Below, piece by piece: positions 13,701 to 28,425 of a stretch of DNA of 64,000 nt. Origin of the DNA: the human T2T-CHM13v2.0 reference genome, Homo sapiens; NCBI RefSeq assembly GCF_009914755.1, contig NC_060948.1; one strand, 5' to 3'. The position numbers were made by a program, and so were the translations under genes. Under the pieces are notes generated by a model. That model was not told the DNA's origin. It did not search any database and was given only the letters and a program-made list of their open reading frames with translations. Each line of letters begins with the position of its first letter. The stretch's first letter is position 1.

Positions 13701-14240
13701 ACGAATGGAAGGGAATAGAATAGACTGTAATGGAATGGACTCGAATAGAATGGACACGAATGCTCAAATTAAATGGACTCGAATGGAATGGAAACGAAAG
13801 GAATGTCATCGAATGGAATTGAATCGATTGGAATGAAATCGCATAGAATGCAGTGGAATCAAATGGAATTGAATCGAAAGGAAACAAGCGAATGGACTGA
13901 AATGAAATGGAATGGAATTGAATGGAAAGTAATGCAATGGAATAGAATGGAACGAAATTTCACGGAATGGAATCAAACTGAATGGAATCAAATCAATGGA
14001 ATCAAATCAAATGGAATGGAAAGGAATTGAATGGAGTAGATGGGATTGGATGGGATTGGAATGAAATGTACTGGAAAGGACTCGAATTTCATGAAACGGA
14101 ATGGAATGAATTGGAACGGAATGGACTCGAATGGAATGGAATGTCATGGGATGGCATCAAATGGAATGGCATCAAATGGAATGGAATCGAATGCAATGGA
14201 ATGCTATGGAATGGAATGGAATGCATTGGAATGGAATGTC
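10713..14240 (+). repeat. DYZ1 unit U4 (3,528 bp), chimeric
   Basis: Anchor to anchor. Left half shares U3 alleles, right half shares U14 alleles. Confidence 0.9.
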
Positions 14241-17200
14241 CTCTAATGGAATGGATTCGAGTGGAATGGAATTGAATATAATGGAGTCGAATGAAATGGA
14301 ATTGAAAGGAATGGGATCGAATACAATGGAATATACTGGAATGTAACGTAATGAACTCGAATGTAATTGACTGGAATGGAATGTACATGAATGGAATGTA
14401 ATCGAATGGAAAGTAATCCAATGGAATAGAATCTAATGCAATAAAATCGACTCAGATAGAGTAGAATGTAATGGAATGGAGTGCAGTGCAATGGAATGGA
14501 ATGGAATGGAATGCAATGGAATGGAATGGAATGGAATGCAATGGAATGGAATGGAATGGAATGGAATGTGATGGAATGGTATGGAATGGATAGTAATGGA
14601 CTGGAGTGAAATGGACTGGAAAGGAATGGACTCAAATTGAAAGGGCTCGAAAGGAATGGAGTCAAATGGAATGGTCTGGAATGGAATGAACACGAATGTA
14701 ATGCAACCCAATAGAATGGAATCGAATGGCATGGAATATAAAGAAATGGAATCGAAGAGAATGGAAACAAATGGAATGGAATTGAATGGAATGGAATTGA
14801 ATGGAATGGGAAGGAATGGAGTGAAATTGTATGCAGTAGAAGAGAATAGAATGGAATGCAAGCGAAAGGAAAGGAATGGATTGCAATGGAATGGAATTCA
14901 TTGGAATGGAAGGGAATGTAGTGTAATGGACAGGCCTGGAATAAAGTGGAATGCTACGGTCTCGAATGGAATAAAAATGTATGGAATGGAATTCAATGAA
15001 ACGGAATCGAATGTCATAGAATGTAATGGAATGCAAAAAAATGGAATCCAAAATCATTGACTGGAAAGGCTGGGTGTCGAAAGGAATTGACTCCAATGGA
15101 ATGGAATCGAATGGAATGGAAGTGAATAGAATCGAACTAAATCGAATGGAATGGAATTGATAGGAACGGAATGGAAAGGAATGCAATGATTTGGCATGGA
15201 ATGGAATCGAATGGCATCGAATGGAATGGAATGGAATGCAATGGAATGGAATGTATTAGAATGTAATGAACTTTAATGGAATGTACTCGAATGGATTCGA
15301 CTGGAATGGAATGTTCTGGAAGTGAATGGACTCCAATGGAATGGATTCAAAAGGAATGGAATCGTACGGAATGGAATCTAATGGAATGGAATTAAATGGA
15401 AATGAATCAAATTGAATAGCACGGAATTGAATTGAATGGAATGGAATGCAATGGAATCTAATGAAACGGAAAGGAAAGGAATGGAATGGAATGGAATGGA
15501 CTGGAATGGAAAGGAATCGAAACGAATGGAATGGAATCGAACTGAAGAGACTGGAATGGAATGCACTGGAATGGAAGGGAGTGTAATGGAAGGTTCTCGA
15601 AAAAAATGGAATCGAATGGAATGGAATTGAATGGAACGGAATAGAGTCGAATGGAATTGAATGGAATGGAATGGACTAGAGTGAAATGGAATCGAACCAC
15701 AAGGAATGGACAGGAATAGAATGGTCTCGAATTGAATGGAATCGTATGGAATGGCATCAAACGGAATGGAATGGACAGCCACGGAATGGAATGCACTCGA
15801 ATGCAATGGAGTCGAAACTAATGGACTGGAATAGAATGGACTCGACTGGTACGGACTCCAATGGAATGGAATCGAATGGAAGGGAATCGAACGGAAGGGA
15901 ATCGAATGGAATGGACTCGAAGGGAAAAGACTGCAATGGAAAGGTCTCGAATGGAATGGAAATTAATGGAATGGAATGGAATCGAATGAAATGGAGTCAA
16001 AAGGAATGGAATCGAATGGCAAGAAATCGAATGTAATGGAATCGCAAGGAATTGATGTGAACGGAACGGAATGGAATGGAATCCAAAGGAATGGAATAGA
16101 ATGGAATGGAATCGAATGGAAAGGACTCGAATGGAAATCACTCGAATAGAATGCAATTTAATAAAATAGGATCAAATGTAATGGAATGGAATGGAAAGGA
16201 ATCGAAACGAAAGGAATGGAGACAGATGGAATGGAATGGAAAAGAGAGCAATGGTATAGAATGGAATGGAATCATCTGGAATGGAATTGAATGGAATGGA
16301 ATAATATGAAATGGAATGGAATGGAATGGAATGGAATGAACTTGAATTAAATGGACTGGAATGGAATGGACTCGAACAGAGTGGAATGGAAAGTGTTGAG
16401 ATAGAATGGAATGGACTCCTTTGGAATGGTGTAGTATGCAATGCAATCGACTGGCAGGGAATCAAAAGGAATGTAATCGAATGGATTGGACTGGAATGCA
16501 ATGGACTCGAATAGATTGGAAACGGAATGCAAAGGAATGGAATGGAATACTATGGAATGGAATGGAAAGGAATGGAGTGGAATAGACTAGAGTGGAATGG
16601 AATGGACTGGAAAGCAATGGACTGGAATGGAACTTTCTTGAATGGACTGGAATCAAACGGAATGGAATGCAATGCAATCAAATGGCATGGAATAAAATAG
16701 AATGAAAGAGAATCAAATGGAATTGAATCGAATGGAATCGAATGGATTGGAAAGGAATAGAATGGAATGGAATGGAATTGACTCAAATGGAATGGACTAG
16801 AATGGAATGGATTCGAATGGAAGGCAAAGGAATGGAATCTATTGGAATGGACTGAAATGGAATGGAATGGAAGGGATTGGAATGGACTCGAATGGAATGG
16901 ACTGCAATAGAAAGGATTCGAATGGAATGAAAAAGAATTGAATGGAATAGAACAGAATGGAATCAAATCGAATGAAATGGAACGGAATAGAAAGGAATGG
17001 AATGAAATGGAATGAAAAGGATTCCAATGCAATGCAATCGAATGGAATGGAATCGAACGGAATGGAATAAAATGGAAGAAAACTGGCAATAAATGGAATC
17101 GAAATGAATGGAGTGTTATGGAACGGACTCAAAAGGAATTGAATGTAATAGAATGGAGTGGAGTGGACTCGAATATAATGGACTGGAATGGAATGAAATC

Positions 17201-17829
17201 ACATGGAATGGGAACGAATGGAATGGAATGGAAAGGAATGGAATCGAATGGAAAGGAATCGAATGGAAGGGAATGAAATTGAATCAACAGGAATGGAAGG
17301 GAATAGAATAGACGGTAATGGAATGGACTCGAATAGAATGGACACGAATGCTCAAATTGAATGGACTCGAATGGAATGGAAACGAAAGGAATGTCATCGA
17401 ATGGAATTGAATCGATTGGAATGAAATCGCATAGAATGGAGTGGAATCAAATGGAATTGAATCGAAAGGAAAGGAAGCGAATGGACTGAAATGAAATGGA
17501 ATGGAATTGAATGGAAAGTAATGCAATGGAATAGAATGGAACGAAATTTCACGGAATGGAATCAAACTGAATGGAATCAAATCAATGGAATCAAATCAAA
17601 TGGAATGGAAAGGAATTGAATGGAGTAGATGGGATTGGATGGGACTGGAATGAAATGTACTGCAAAGGACTCGAATTTCATGAAACGGAATGGAATGAAT
17701 TGGAACGGAATGGACTCGAATGGAATGGAATGTCATGGAATGGCATCAAATGGAATGGCATCAAATGGAATGGAATCGAATGCAATGGAATGCTATGGAA
17801 TGGAATGGAATGCATTGGAATGGAATGTC
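14241..17829 (+). repeat. DYZ1 unit U5 (3,589 bp, longest)
   Basis: Anchor to anchor. U1-like but without the 30-bp deletion; extra EcoRI site at 14989. Confidence 0.9.
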
Positions 17830-20800
17830 CTCTAATGGAATGGATTCGAGTGGAATGGAATCGAATATAATGGAGTCGAATGAAATGGAATTGAAAGGAA
17901 TGGGATCGAATACAATGGAATATACTGGAATGTAATGTAATGAACTCGAATGTAATTGACTGGAATGGAATGTACATGAATGGAATGTAATCGAATGGAA
18001 AGTAATCCAATGGAATAGAATCTAATGCAATAAAATCGACTCAGATAGAGTAGAATGTAATGGAATGGAGTGCAGTGCAATGGAATGGAATGGAATGGAA
18101 TGCAATGGAATGGAATGGAATGGAATGGAATGGAATGGAATGGAATGGAATGGGATGGAATGGTATGGAATGGATAGTAATGGACTGGAATGAAATGGAC
18201 TGGAAAAGAATGGACTCAAATTGAAAGGGCTCGAAAGGAATGGAGTCAAATGGAATGGTCTGGAATGGAATGAATACGAATGTAATGCAATCCAATACAA
18301 TGGAATCGAATGGCATGGAATATAAAGAAATGGAATCTAAGAGAATGGAAACAAATGGAATGGAATTGAATGGAATGGAATTGAATGGAATGGGAACGAA
18401 TGGAGTGAAATTGTATGCAGTAGAAGAGAATAGAATGGAATGCAAGTGAAAGGAAAGGAATGGATTGCAATGGAATGGAATTCATTGGAATGGAAGGGAA
18501 TGTAGTGTAATGGACAGGCCTGGAATAAAGTGGAATGCTACGGTCTCGAATGGAATAAAAATGTATGGAATGGAATGCAATGAAAAGGAATCGAATGTCA
18601 CAAAATGTAATGGAATGCAAAAAAATGGACTCCAAAATCATTGACTGGAAAGGCTGGGGTTCGAAAGGAATTGACTGCAATGGAATGGAATCGAATGGAA
18701 TGGAAGTGAATAGAATCGAACTAAATCGAATGGAATGGAATTGATAGGAACGGAATGGAAAGGAATGCAATGATTTGGCATGGAATGGAATCGAATGGCA
18801 TCAAATGGAATGGAATGGAATGCAATGGAATGGAATGTATTAGAATGTAATGAACATTAATGGAATGTACTCGAATGGATTCGACTGGAATGGAATGTTC
18901 TGGAAGGGAATGGACTCCAATGGAATGGATTCGAAAGGAATGGAATCGAACGGAATGGAATCTAATGGAATGGAATTAAATGGAAATGAATCAAATTGAA
19001 TAGCACGGAATTGAATTGAATGGAATCGAATGCAATGGAATCTAATGAAACGGAAAGGAAAGAATGGAACGGAATAGAATGGGCTGGAATGGAAAGGAAT
19101 CGAAACGAATGGAATGGAATCGAACTGAAGAGACTGGAATGGAATGCACTGGAATGGAAGGGAGTGTAATGGAAGGTTCTCGAAAAAAATGGAATCGAAT
19201 GGAATGGAATTGAATGGAACGGAATAGAGTCGCATGGAATTGAATGGAATGGAATGGACTAGAGTGAAATGGAATCGAACGAAAAGGAATGGACAGGAAT
19301 AGAATGGTCTCGAATTGAATGGAATCGTATGGAATGGCATCAAACGGAATGGAATGGACAGCCACGGAATGGAATGCACTCGAATGCAATGGAGTCGAAA
19401 CTAATGGACTGGAATAGAATGGACTCGACAGGTATGGACTCCAATGGAATGGAATCGAATGGAAGGGAATCGAACGGAATGGACTCGAAGGGAAAAGACT
19501 GCAATGGAAAGGTCTCGAATGGAATGGAAATTAATGGAATGGAATGGAATCGAATGAAATGGAGTCAAAAGGAATGGAATCGAATGGCAAGAAATCGAAT
19601 GTAATGGAATCGCAAGGAATTGATGTGAACGGAACGGAATGGAATGGAATCCAAAGGAATGGAATAGAATGGAATGGAATCGAATGGAAAGGACTCGAAT
19701 GGAAATCACTCGAATAGAATGCAATTTAATAAAATAGGATCAAATGTAATAGAATGGAATGGAAAGGAATCGAAACGGAAGGAATGGAGACAGATGGAAT
19801 GGAATGGAACAGAGAGCAATGGTATAGAATGGAATGGAATCATCTGGAATGGAATTGAATGGAATGGAATAATATGAAATGGAATGGAATGGAATGGAAT
19901 GGAATGCCCTTGAATTAAATGGACTGGACTCGAACAGAGTGGAATGGAAAGTGTTGAGATAGAATGGAATGGACTCCTTTGGAATGGTGTAGTATGCAAT
20001 GCAATCGACTGGCAGGGAATCAAAAGGAATGTAATCGAATGGATTGGACTGGAATGCAATGGACTCGAATAGATTGGAAACGGAATGCAAAGGAATGGAA
20101 TGGAATAGTATGGAATGCAATGGAAGGGAATGGAGTGGATTAGACTAGAGTGGAATGGAATGGACTGGAAAGCAATGGACTGGAATGGAACTTTCTTGGA
20201 TGGACTGGAATCAAACGGAATGGAATGCAATGCAATCAAATGGCATGGAATAAAATAGAATGAAAGAGAATCAAATGGAATTGAATCGAATGGAATCGAA
20301 TGGATTGGAAAGGAATAGAATGGAATGGAATGGAATTGACTCAAATGGAATGGACTAGAATGGAATGGATTCGAATGGAAGGCAAAGGAATGGAATCTAT
20401 TGGAATGGACTGTAATGGAATGGAATGGAAGGGATTGGAATGGACTCGAATGGAATGGACTGCAATAGAAAGGATTCGAATGGAATGAAAAAGAATTGAA
20501 TGGAATAGAACAGAATGGAATCAAATCGAATGGAATGGAATGGAATAGAAAGGAATGGAATGAAATGGAATGGAAAGGATTCGAATGGAATGCAATCGAA
20601 TGGAATGGAATCGAACGGAATGGAATAAAATGGAAGAAAACTGGCAAGAAATGGAATCGAAATGAATGGAGTGTTATGCAACGGACTCAAAAGGAATTGA
20701 ATGTAATAGAATGGAGTGGAGTGGACTCGAATATAATGGACTGGAATGGAATGAAATCACATGGAATGGGAACGAATGGAATGGAATGGAAAGGAATGGA

Positions 20801-21387
20801 ATCGAATGGAAAGGAATCGAATGGAAGGGAATGAAATTGAATCAACAGGAATGGGAGGGAATAGAATAGACTGTAATGGAATGGACTCGAATAGAATGGA
20901 CACGAATGCTCAAATTAAATGGACTCGAATGGAATGGAAACGAAAGGAATGTCATCGAATGGAATTGAATCGATTGGAATGAAATCGCATAGAATGGAGT
21001 GGAATCAAATGGAATTGAATCGAAAGGAACGGAAGCGAATGGACTGAAATGAAATGGAATGGAATTGAATGGAAAGTAATGCAATGGAATAGAATGGAAC
21101 GAAATTTCACGGAATGGAATCAAACTGAATGGAATCAAATCAATGGAATCAAATCAAATGGAATGGAAAGGAATTGAATGGAGTAGATTGGATTGGATGG
21201 GATTGGAATGAAATGTACTGGAAAGGACTCGAATTTCATGAAACGGAATGGAATGAATTGGAACGGAATGGACTCGAATGGAATGGAATGTCATGGAATG
21301 GCATCAAATGGAATGGCATCAAATGGAATGGAATCGAATGCAATGGAATGCTATGGAATGGAATGGAATGCATTGGAATGGAATGTC
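17830..21387 (+). repeat. DYZ1 unit U6 (3,558 bp)
   Basis: Anchor to anchor. Near twin of U16. Confidence 0.9.
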
Positions 21388-24300
21388 CTCTAATGGAATG
21401 GATTCGAGTGGAATGGAATTGAATATAATGGAGTCGAATGAAATGGAATTGAAAGGAATGGGATCGAATACAATGGAATATACTGGAATGTAACGTAATG
21501 AACTCGAATGTAATTGACTGGAATGGAATGTACATGAATGGAATGTGATCGAATGGAAAGTAGTCCAATGGAATAGAATCTAATGCAATAAAATCGACTC
21601 AGATAGAGTAGAATGTAATGGAATGGAGTGCAGTGCAATGGAATGGAATGGAATGGAATGGAATGGAATGGGATGGAATGGTATGGAATGGATAGTAATG
21701 GACTGGAGTGAAATGGACTGGAAAGGAATGGACTCAAATTGAAAGGTCTCGAAAGGAATGGAGTCAAATGGAATGGTCTGGAATGGAATGAACACGAATG
21801 TAATGCAATCCAATAGAATGGAATCGAATGGCATGGAATATAAAGAAATGGAATCGAAGAGAATGGAAACAAATGGAATGAAATTGAATGGAACGGAATT
21901 GAATGGAATGTGAACGAATGGAGTGAAATTGTATGCAGTAGAAGAGAATAGAATGGAATGCAAGTGAAAGGAAAGGAATGGATTGGAATGGAATGGAATT
22001 CATTGGAATGGAAGGGAATGTAGTGTAATGGACAGGCCTGGAATAAAGTGGAATGCTACGGTCTCGAATGGAATAAAAATGTATGGAATGGAATGCAATG
22101 AAACGGAATCGAATGTCATAGAATGTAATGGAATGCAAAAAAATGGAATCCAAAATCATTGAATGGAAAGGCTGGGTGTCGAAAGGAATTGACTCCAATG
22201 GAATGGAATCGAATGGAATGGAAGTGAATAGAATCGAACTAAATCGAATGGAATGGAATTGATAGGAACGGAATGGAAAGGATTGCAATGATTTGGCATG
22301 GAATGGAATCGAATGGCATCGAATGGAATGGAATGGAATGCAATGGAATGGAATGTATTAGAATGTAATGAACTTTAATGGAATGTACTCGAATGGATTC
22401 GACTGGAATGGAATGTTCTGGAAGTGAATGGACTCCAATGGAATGGATTCAAAAGGAATGGAATCGTACGGAATGGAATCTAATGGAATGGAATTAAATG
22501 GAAATGAATCAAATTGAATAGCACGGAATTGAATTGAATGGAATCGAATGCAATGGAATCTAATGAAACGGAAAGGAAAGGAATGGAATGGAATGGAATG
22601 GACTGGAATGGAAAGGAATCGAAACGAATGCAATGGAATCGAACTGAAGAGACTGGAATGGAATGCACTGGAATGGAAGGGAGTGTAATGGAAGGTTCTC
22701 GAAAAAAATGGAATCGAATGGAATGCAATTGAATGGAACGGAATAGAGTCGAATGGAATTGAATGGAATGGAATGGACTAGAGTGAAATGGAATCGAACC
22801 ACAAGGAATGGACAGGAATAGAATGGTCTCGAATTGAATGGAATCGTATGGAATGGCATCAAACGGAATGGAATGGACAGCCACGGAATGGAATGCACTC
22901 GAATGCAATGGAGTCGAAACTAATGGACTGGAATAGAATGGACTCGACTGGTACGGACTCCAATGGAATGGAATCGAATGGAAGGGAATCGAACGGAATG
23001 GACTCGAAGGGAAAAGACTGCAATGGAAAGGTCTCGAATGGAATGGAAATTAATGGAATGGAATGGAATCGAATGAAATGGAGTCAAAAGGAATGGAATC
23101 GAATGGCAAGAAATCGAATGTAATGGAATCGCAAGGAATTGATGTGAACGGAACGGAATGGAATGGAATCCAAAGGAATGGAATAGAATGGAATGGAATC
23201 GAATGGAAAGGACTCGAATGGAAATCACTCGAATAGAATGCAATTTAATAAAATAGGATCAAATGTAACAGAATGGAAAGGAAAGGAATCGAAACGGAAG
23301 GAATGGAGACAGTTGGAATGGAATGGAACAGAGAGCAATGGTATAGAATGGAATGGAATCATCTGGAATGGAATTGAATGGAATGGAATGATATGAAATG
23401 GAATGGAATGGAATGGAATGGAATGCCCTTGAATTAAATGGACTGGACTCGAACAGAGTGGAATGGAAAGTGTTGAGATAGAATGGAATGGACTCCTTTG
23501 GAATGGTGTAGTATGCAATGCAATCGACTGGCAGGGAATCAAAAGGAATGTAATCGAATGGATTGGACTGGAATGCAATGGACTCGAAAAGATTGGAAAC
23601 GGAATGCAAAGGAATGGAATGGAATAGTATGGAATGCAATGGAAGGGAATGGAGTGGAATAGACTAGAGTGGAATGGAATGGACTGGAAAGCAATGGACT
23701 GGAATGGAACTTTCTTGGATGGACTGGAATCAAACGGAATGGAATGCAATGCAATCAAATGGCATGGAATAAAATAGAATGAAAGAGAATCAAATGGAAT
23801 TGAATCGAATGGAATCGAATGGATTGGAAAGGAATAGAATGGAATGGAATGGAATTGACTCAAATGGAATGGACTAGAATGGAATGGATTCGAATGGAAG
23901 GCAAAGGAATGGAATCTATTGGAATGGACTGTAATGGAATGGAATGGAAGGGATTGCAATGGACTCGAATGGAATGGACTGCAATAGAAAGGATTCGAAT
24001 GGAATGAAAAAGAATTGAATGGAATAGAACAGAATGGAATCAAATCGAATGAAATGGAATGGAATAGAAAGGAATGGAATGAAATGGAATGGAAAGGATT
24101 CGAATGGAATGCAATCGAATGGAATGGAATCGAACGGAATGGAATAAAATGGAAGAAAACTGGCAAGAAATGGAATCGAAAGGAATGGAGTGTTATGGAA
24201 CGGACTCAAAAGGAATTGAATGTAATAGAATGGAGTGGAGTGGACTCGAATATAATGGACTGGAATGGAATGAAATCACATGGAATGGGAACGAATGGAA

Positions 24301-24906
24301 TGGAATGGAAAGGAATGGAATCGAATGGAAAGGAATCGAATGGAAGGGAATGAAATTGAATCAACAGGAATGGAAGGGAATAGAATAGACGGTAATGGAA
24401 TGGACTCGAATAGAATGGACACGAATGCTGAAATTGAATGGACTCGAATGGAATGGAAACGAAAGGAATGTCATCGACTGGAATTGAATCGATTGGAATG
24501 AAATCGCATAGAATGGAGTGGAATCAAATGGAATTGAATCGAAAGGAAAGGAAGCGAATGGACTGAAATGAAATGGAATGGAATTGAATGGAAAGTAATG
24601 CGATGGAATAGAATGGAACGAAATTTCACGGAATGGAATCAAACTGAATGGAATCAAATCAATGGAATCAAATCAAATGGAATGGAAAGGAATTGAATGG
24701 AGTAGATGGGATTGGATGTGATTGGAATGAAATGTACTGGAAAGGACTCGAATTTCATGAAACGGAATGGAATGAATTGGAACGGAATGGACTCGAATGG
24801 AATGGAATGTCATGGAATGGCATCAAATGGAATGGCATCAAATGGAATGGAATCGAATGCAATGGAATGCTATGGAATGGAATGGAATGCATTGGAATGG
24901 AATGTC
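21388..24906 (+). repeat. DYZ1 unit U7 (3,519 bp)
   Basis: Anchor to anchor. Shortest form of the variable pure tract. Confidence 0.9.
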
Positions 24907-27900
24907 CTCTAATGGAATGGATTCGAGTGGAATGGAATTGAATATAATGGAGTCGAATGAAATGGAATTGAAAGGAATGGGATCGAATACAATGGAATAT
25001 ACTGGAATGTAACGTAATGAACTCGAATGTAATTGACTGGAATGGAATGTACATGAATGGAATGTGATCGAATGGAAAGTAGTCCAATGGAATAGAATCT
25101 AATGCAATAAAATCGACTCAGATAGAGTAGAATGTAATGGAATGGAGTGCAGTGCAATGGAATGGAATGGAATGGAATGGAATGGAATGGGATGGAATGG
25201 TATGGAATGGATAGTAATGGACTGGAGTGAAATGGACTGGAAAGGAATGGACTCAAATTGAAAGGTCTCGAAAGGAATGGAGTCAAATGGAATGGTCTGG
25301 AATGGAATGAACACGAATGTAATGCAATCCAATAGAATGGAAACGAATGGCATGGAATATAAAGAAATGGAATCGAAGAGAATGGAAACAAATGGAATGA
25401 AATTGAATGGAACGGAATTGAATGGAATGTGAACGAATGGAGTGAAATTGTATGCAGTAGAAGACAATAGAATGGAATGCAAGTGAAAGGAAAGGAATGG
25501 ATTGGAATGGAATGGAATTCATTGGAATGGAAGGGAATGTAGTGTAATGGACAGGCCTGGAATAAAGTGGAATGCTACGGTCTCGAATGGAATAAAAATG
25601 TATGGAATGGAATGCAATGAAACGGAATCGAATGTCATAGAATGTAATGGAATGCAAAAAAATGGAATCCAAAATCATTGAATGGAAAGGCTGGGTGTCG
25701 AAAGGAATTGACTCCAATGGAATGGAATCGAATGGAATGGAAGTGAATAGAATCGAACTAAATCGAATGGAATGGAATTGATAGGAACGGAATGGAAAGG
25801 ATTGCAATGATTTGGCATGGAATGGAATCGAATGGCATCGAATGGAATGGAATGGAATGCAATGGAATGGAATGTATTAGAATGTAATGAACTTTAATGG
25901 AATGTACTCGAATGGATTCGACTGGAATGGAATGTTCTGGAAGTGAATGGACTCCAATGGAATGGATTCAAAAGGAATGGAATCGTACGGAATGGAATCT
26001 AATGGAATGGAATTAAATGGAAATGAATCAAATTGAATAGCACGGAATTGAATTGAATGGAATCGAATGCAATGGAATCTAATGAAACGGAAAGGAAAGG
26101 AATGGAATGGAATGGAATGGACTGGAATGGAAAGGAATCGAAACGAATGCAATGGAATCGAACTGAAGAGACTGGAATGGAATGCACTGGAATGGAAGGG
26201 AGTGTAATGGAAGGTTCTCGAAAAAAATGGAATCGAATGGAATGCAATTGAATGGAACGGAATAGAGTCGAATGGAATTGAATGGAATGGAATGGACTAG
26301 AGTGAAATGGAATCGAACCACAAGGAATGGACAGGAATAGAATGGTCTCGAATTGAATGGAATCGTATGGAATGGCATCAAACGGAATGGAATGGACAGC
26401 CACGGAATGGAATGCACTCGAATGCAATGGAGTCGAAACTAATGGACTGGAATAGAATGGACTCGACTGGTACGGACTCCAATGGAATGGAATCGAATGG
26501 AAGGGAATCGAACGGAATGGACTCGAAGGGAAAAGACTGCAATGGAAAGGTCTCGAATGGAATGGAAATTAATGGAATGGAATGGAATCGAATGAAATGG
26601 AGTCAAAAGGAATGGAATCGAATGGCAAGAAATCGAATGTAATGGAATCGCAAGGAATTGATGTGAACGGAACGGAATGGAATGGAATCCAAAGGAATGG
26701 AATAGAATGGAATGGAATCGAATGGAAAGGACTCGAATGGAAATCACTCGAATAGAATGCAATTTAATAAAATAGGATCAAATGTAATGGAATGGAATGG
26801 AAAGGAATCGAAACGAAAGGAATGGAGACAGATGGAATGGAATGGAACAGAGAGCAATGGTATAGAATGGAATGGAATCATCTGGAATGGAATTGAATGG
26901 AATGGAATAATATGAAATGGAATGGAATGGAATGGAATGGAATGCCCTTGAATTAAATGGACTGGACTCGAACAGATTGGAATGGAAAGTGTTGAGATAG
27001 AATGGAATGGACTCCTTTGGAATGGTGTAGTATGCAATGCAATCGACTGGCAGGGAATCAAAAGGAATGTAATCGAATGGATTGGACTGGAATGCAATGG
27101 ACTCGAATAGATTGGAAACGGAATGCAAAGGAATGGAATGGAATAGTATGGAATGGAATGGAAAGGAATGGAGTGGAATAGACTAGAGTGGAATGGAATG
27201 GACTGGAAAGCAATGGACTGGAATGGAACATTCTTGAATGGACTGGAATCAAACGGAATGGAATGCAATGCAATCAAATGGCATGGAATAAAATAGAATG
27301 AAAGAGAATCAAATGGAATTGAATCGAATGGAATCGAATGGATTGGAAAGGAATAGAATGGAATGGAATGGAATTGACTCAAATGGAATGGACTAGAATG
27401 GAATGGATTCGAATGGAAGGCAAAGGAATGGAATCTATTGGAATGGACTGTAATGGAATGGAATGGAAAGGATTGGAATGGACTCGAATGGAATGGACTG
27501 CAATAGAAAGGATTCGAATGGAATGAAAAAGAATTGAATGGAATAGAACAGAATGGAATCAAATCGAATGAAATGGAATGGAATAGAAAGGAATGGAATG
27601 AAATGGAATGGAAAGGATGCGAATGGAATGTAATCGAATGGAATGGAATCGAACGGAATGGAATAAAATGGAAGAAAACTGGCAAGAAATGGAATCGAAA
27701 TGAATGGAGTGTTATGGAACGGACTCAAAAGGAATTGAATGTAATAGAATGGAGTGGAGTGGACTCGAATATAATGGACTGGAATGGAATGAAATCACAT
27801 GGAATGGGAACGAATGGAATGGAATGGAAAGGAATGGAATCGAATGGAAAGGAATCGAATGGAAGGGAATGAAACTGAATCAACAGGAATGGAAGGGAAT

Positions 27901-28425
27901 AGAATAGACGGTAATGGAATGGACTCGAATAGAATGGACACGAATGCTCAAATTGAATGGACTCGAATGGAATGGAAAGGAAAGGAATGTCATCGAATGG
28001 AATTGAATCGATTGGAATGAAATCGCATAGAATGGAGTGGAATCAAATGGAATTGAATCGAAAGGAAAGGAAGCGAATGGACTGAAATGAAATGGAATGG
28101 AATTGAATGGAAAGTAATGCAATGGAATAGACTGGAACGAAATTTCACGGAATGGAATCAAACTGAATGGAATCAAATCAATGGAATCAAATCAAATGGA
28201 ATGTAAAGGAATTGAATGGAGTAGATGGGATTGGATGGGATTGGAATGAAATGTACTGGAAAGGACTCGAATTTCATGAAACGGAATGGAATGAATTGGA
28301 ACGGAATGGACTCGAATGGAATGGAATGTCATGGAATGGCATCAAATGGAATGGCATCAAATGGAATGGAATCGAATGCAATGGAATGCTATGGAATGGA
28401 ATGGAATGCATTGGAATGGAATGTC
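24907..28425 (+). repeat. DYZ1 unit U8 (3,519 bp), chimeric
   Basis: Anchor to anchor. Left half U7-like, right half U11-like. Confidence 0.9.
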
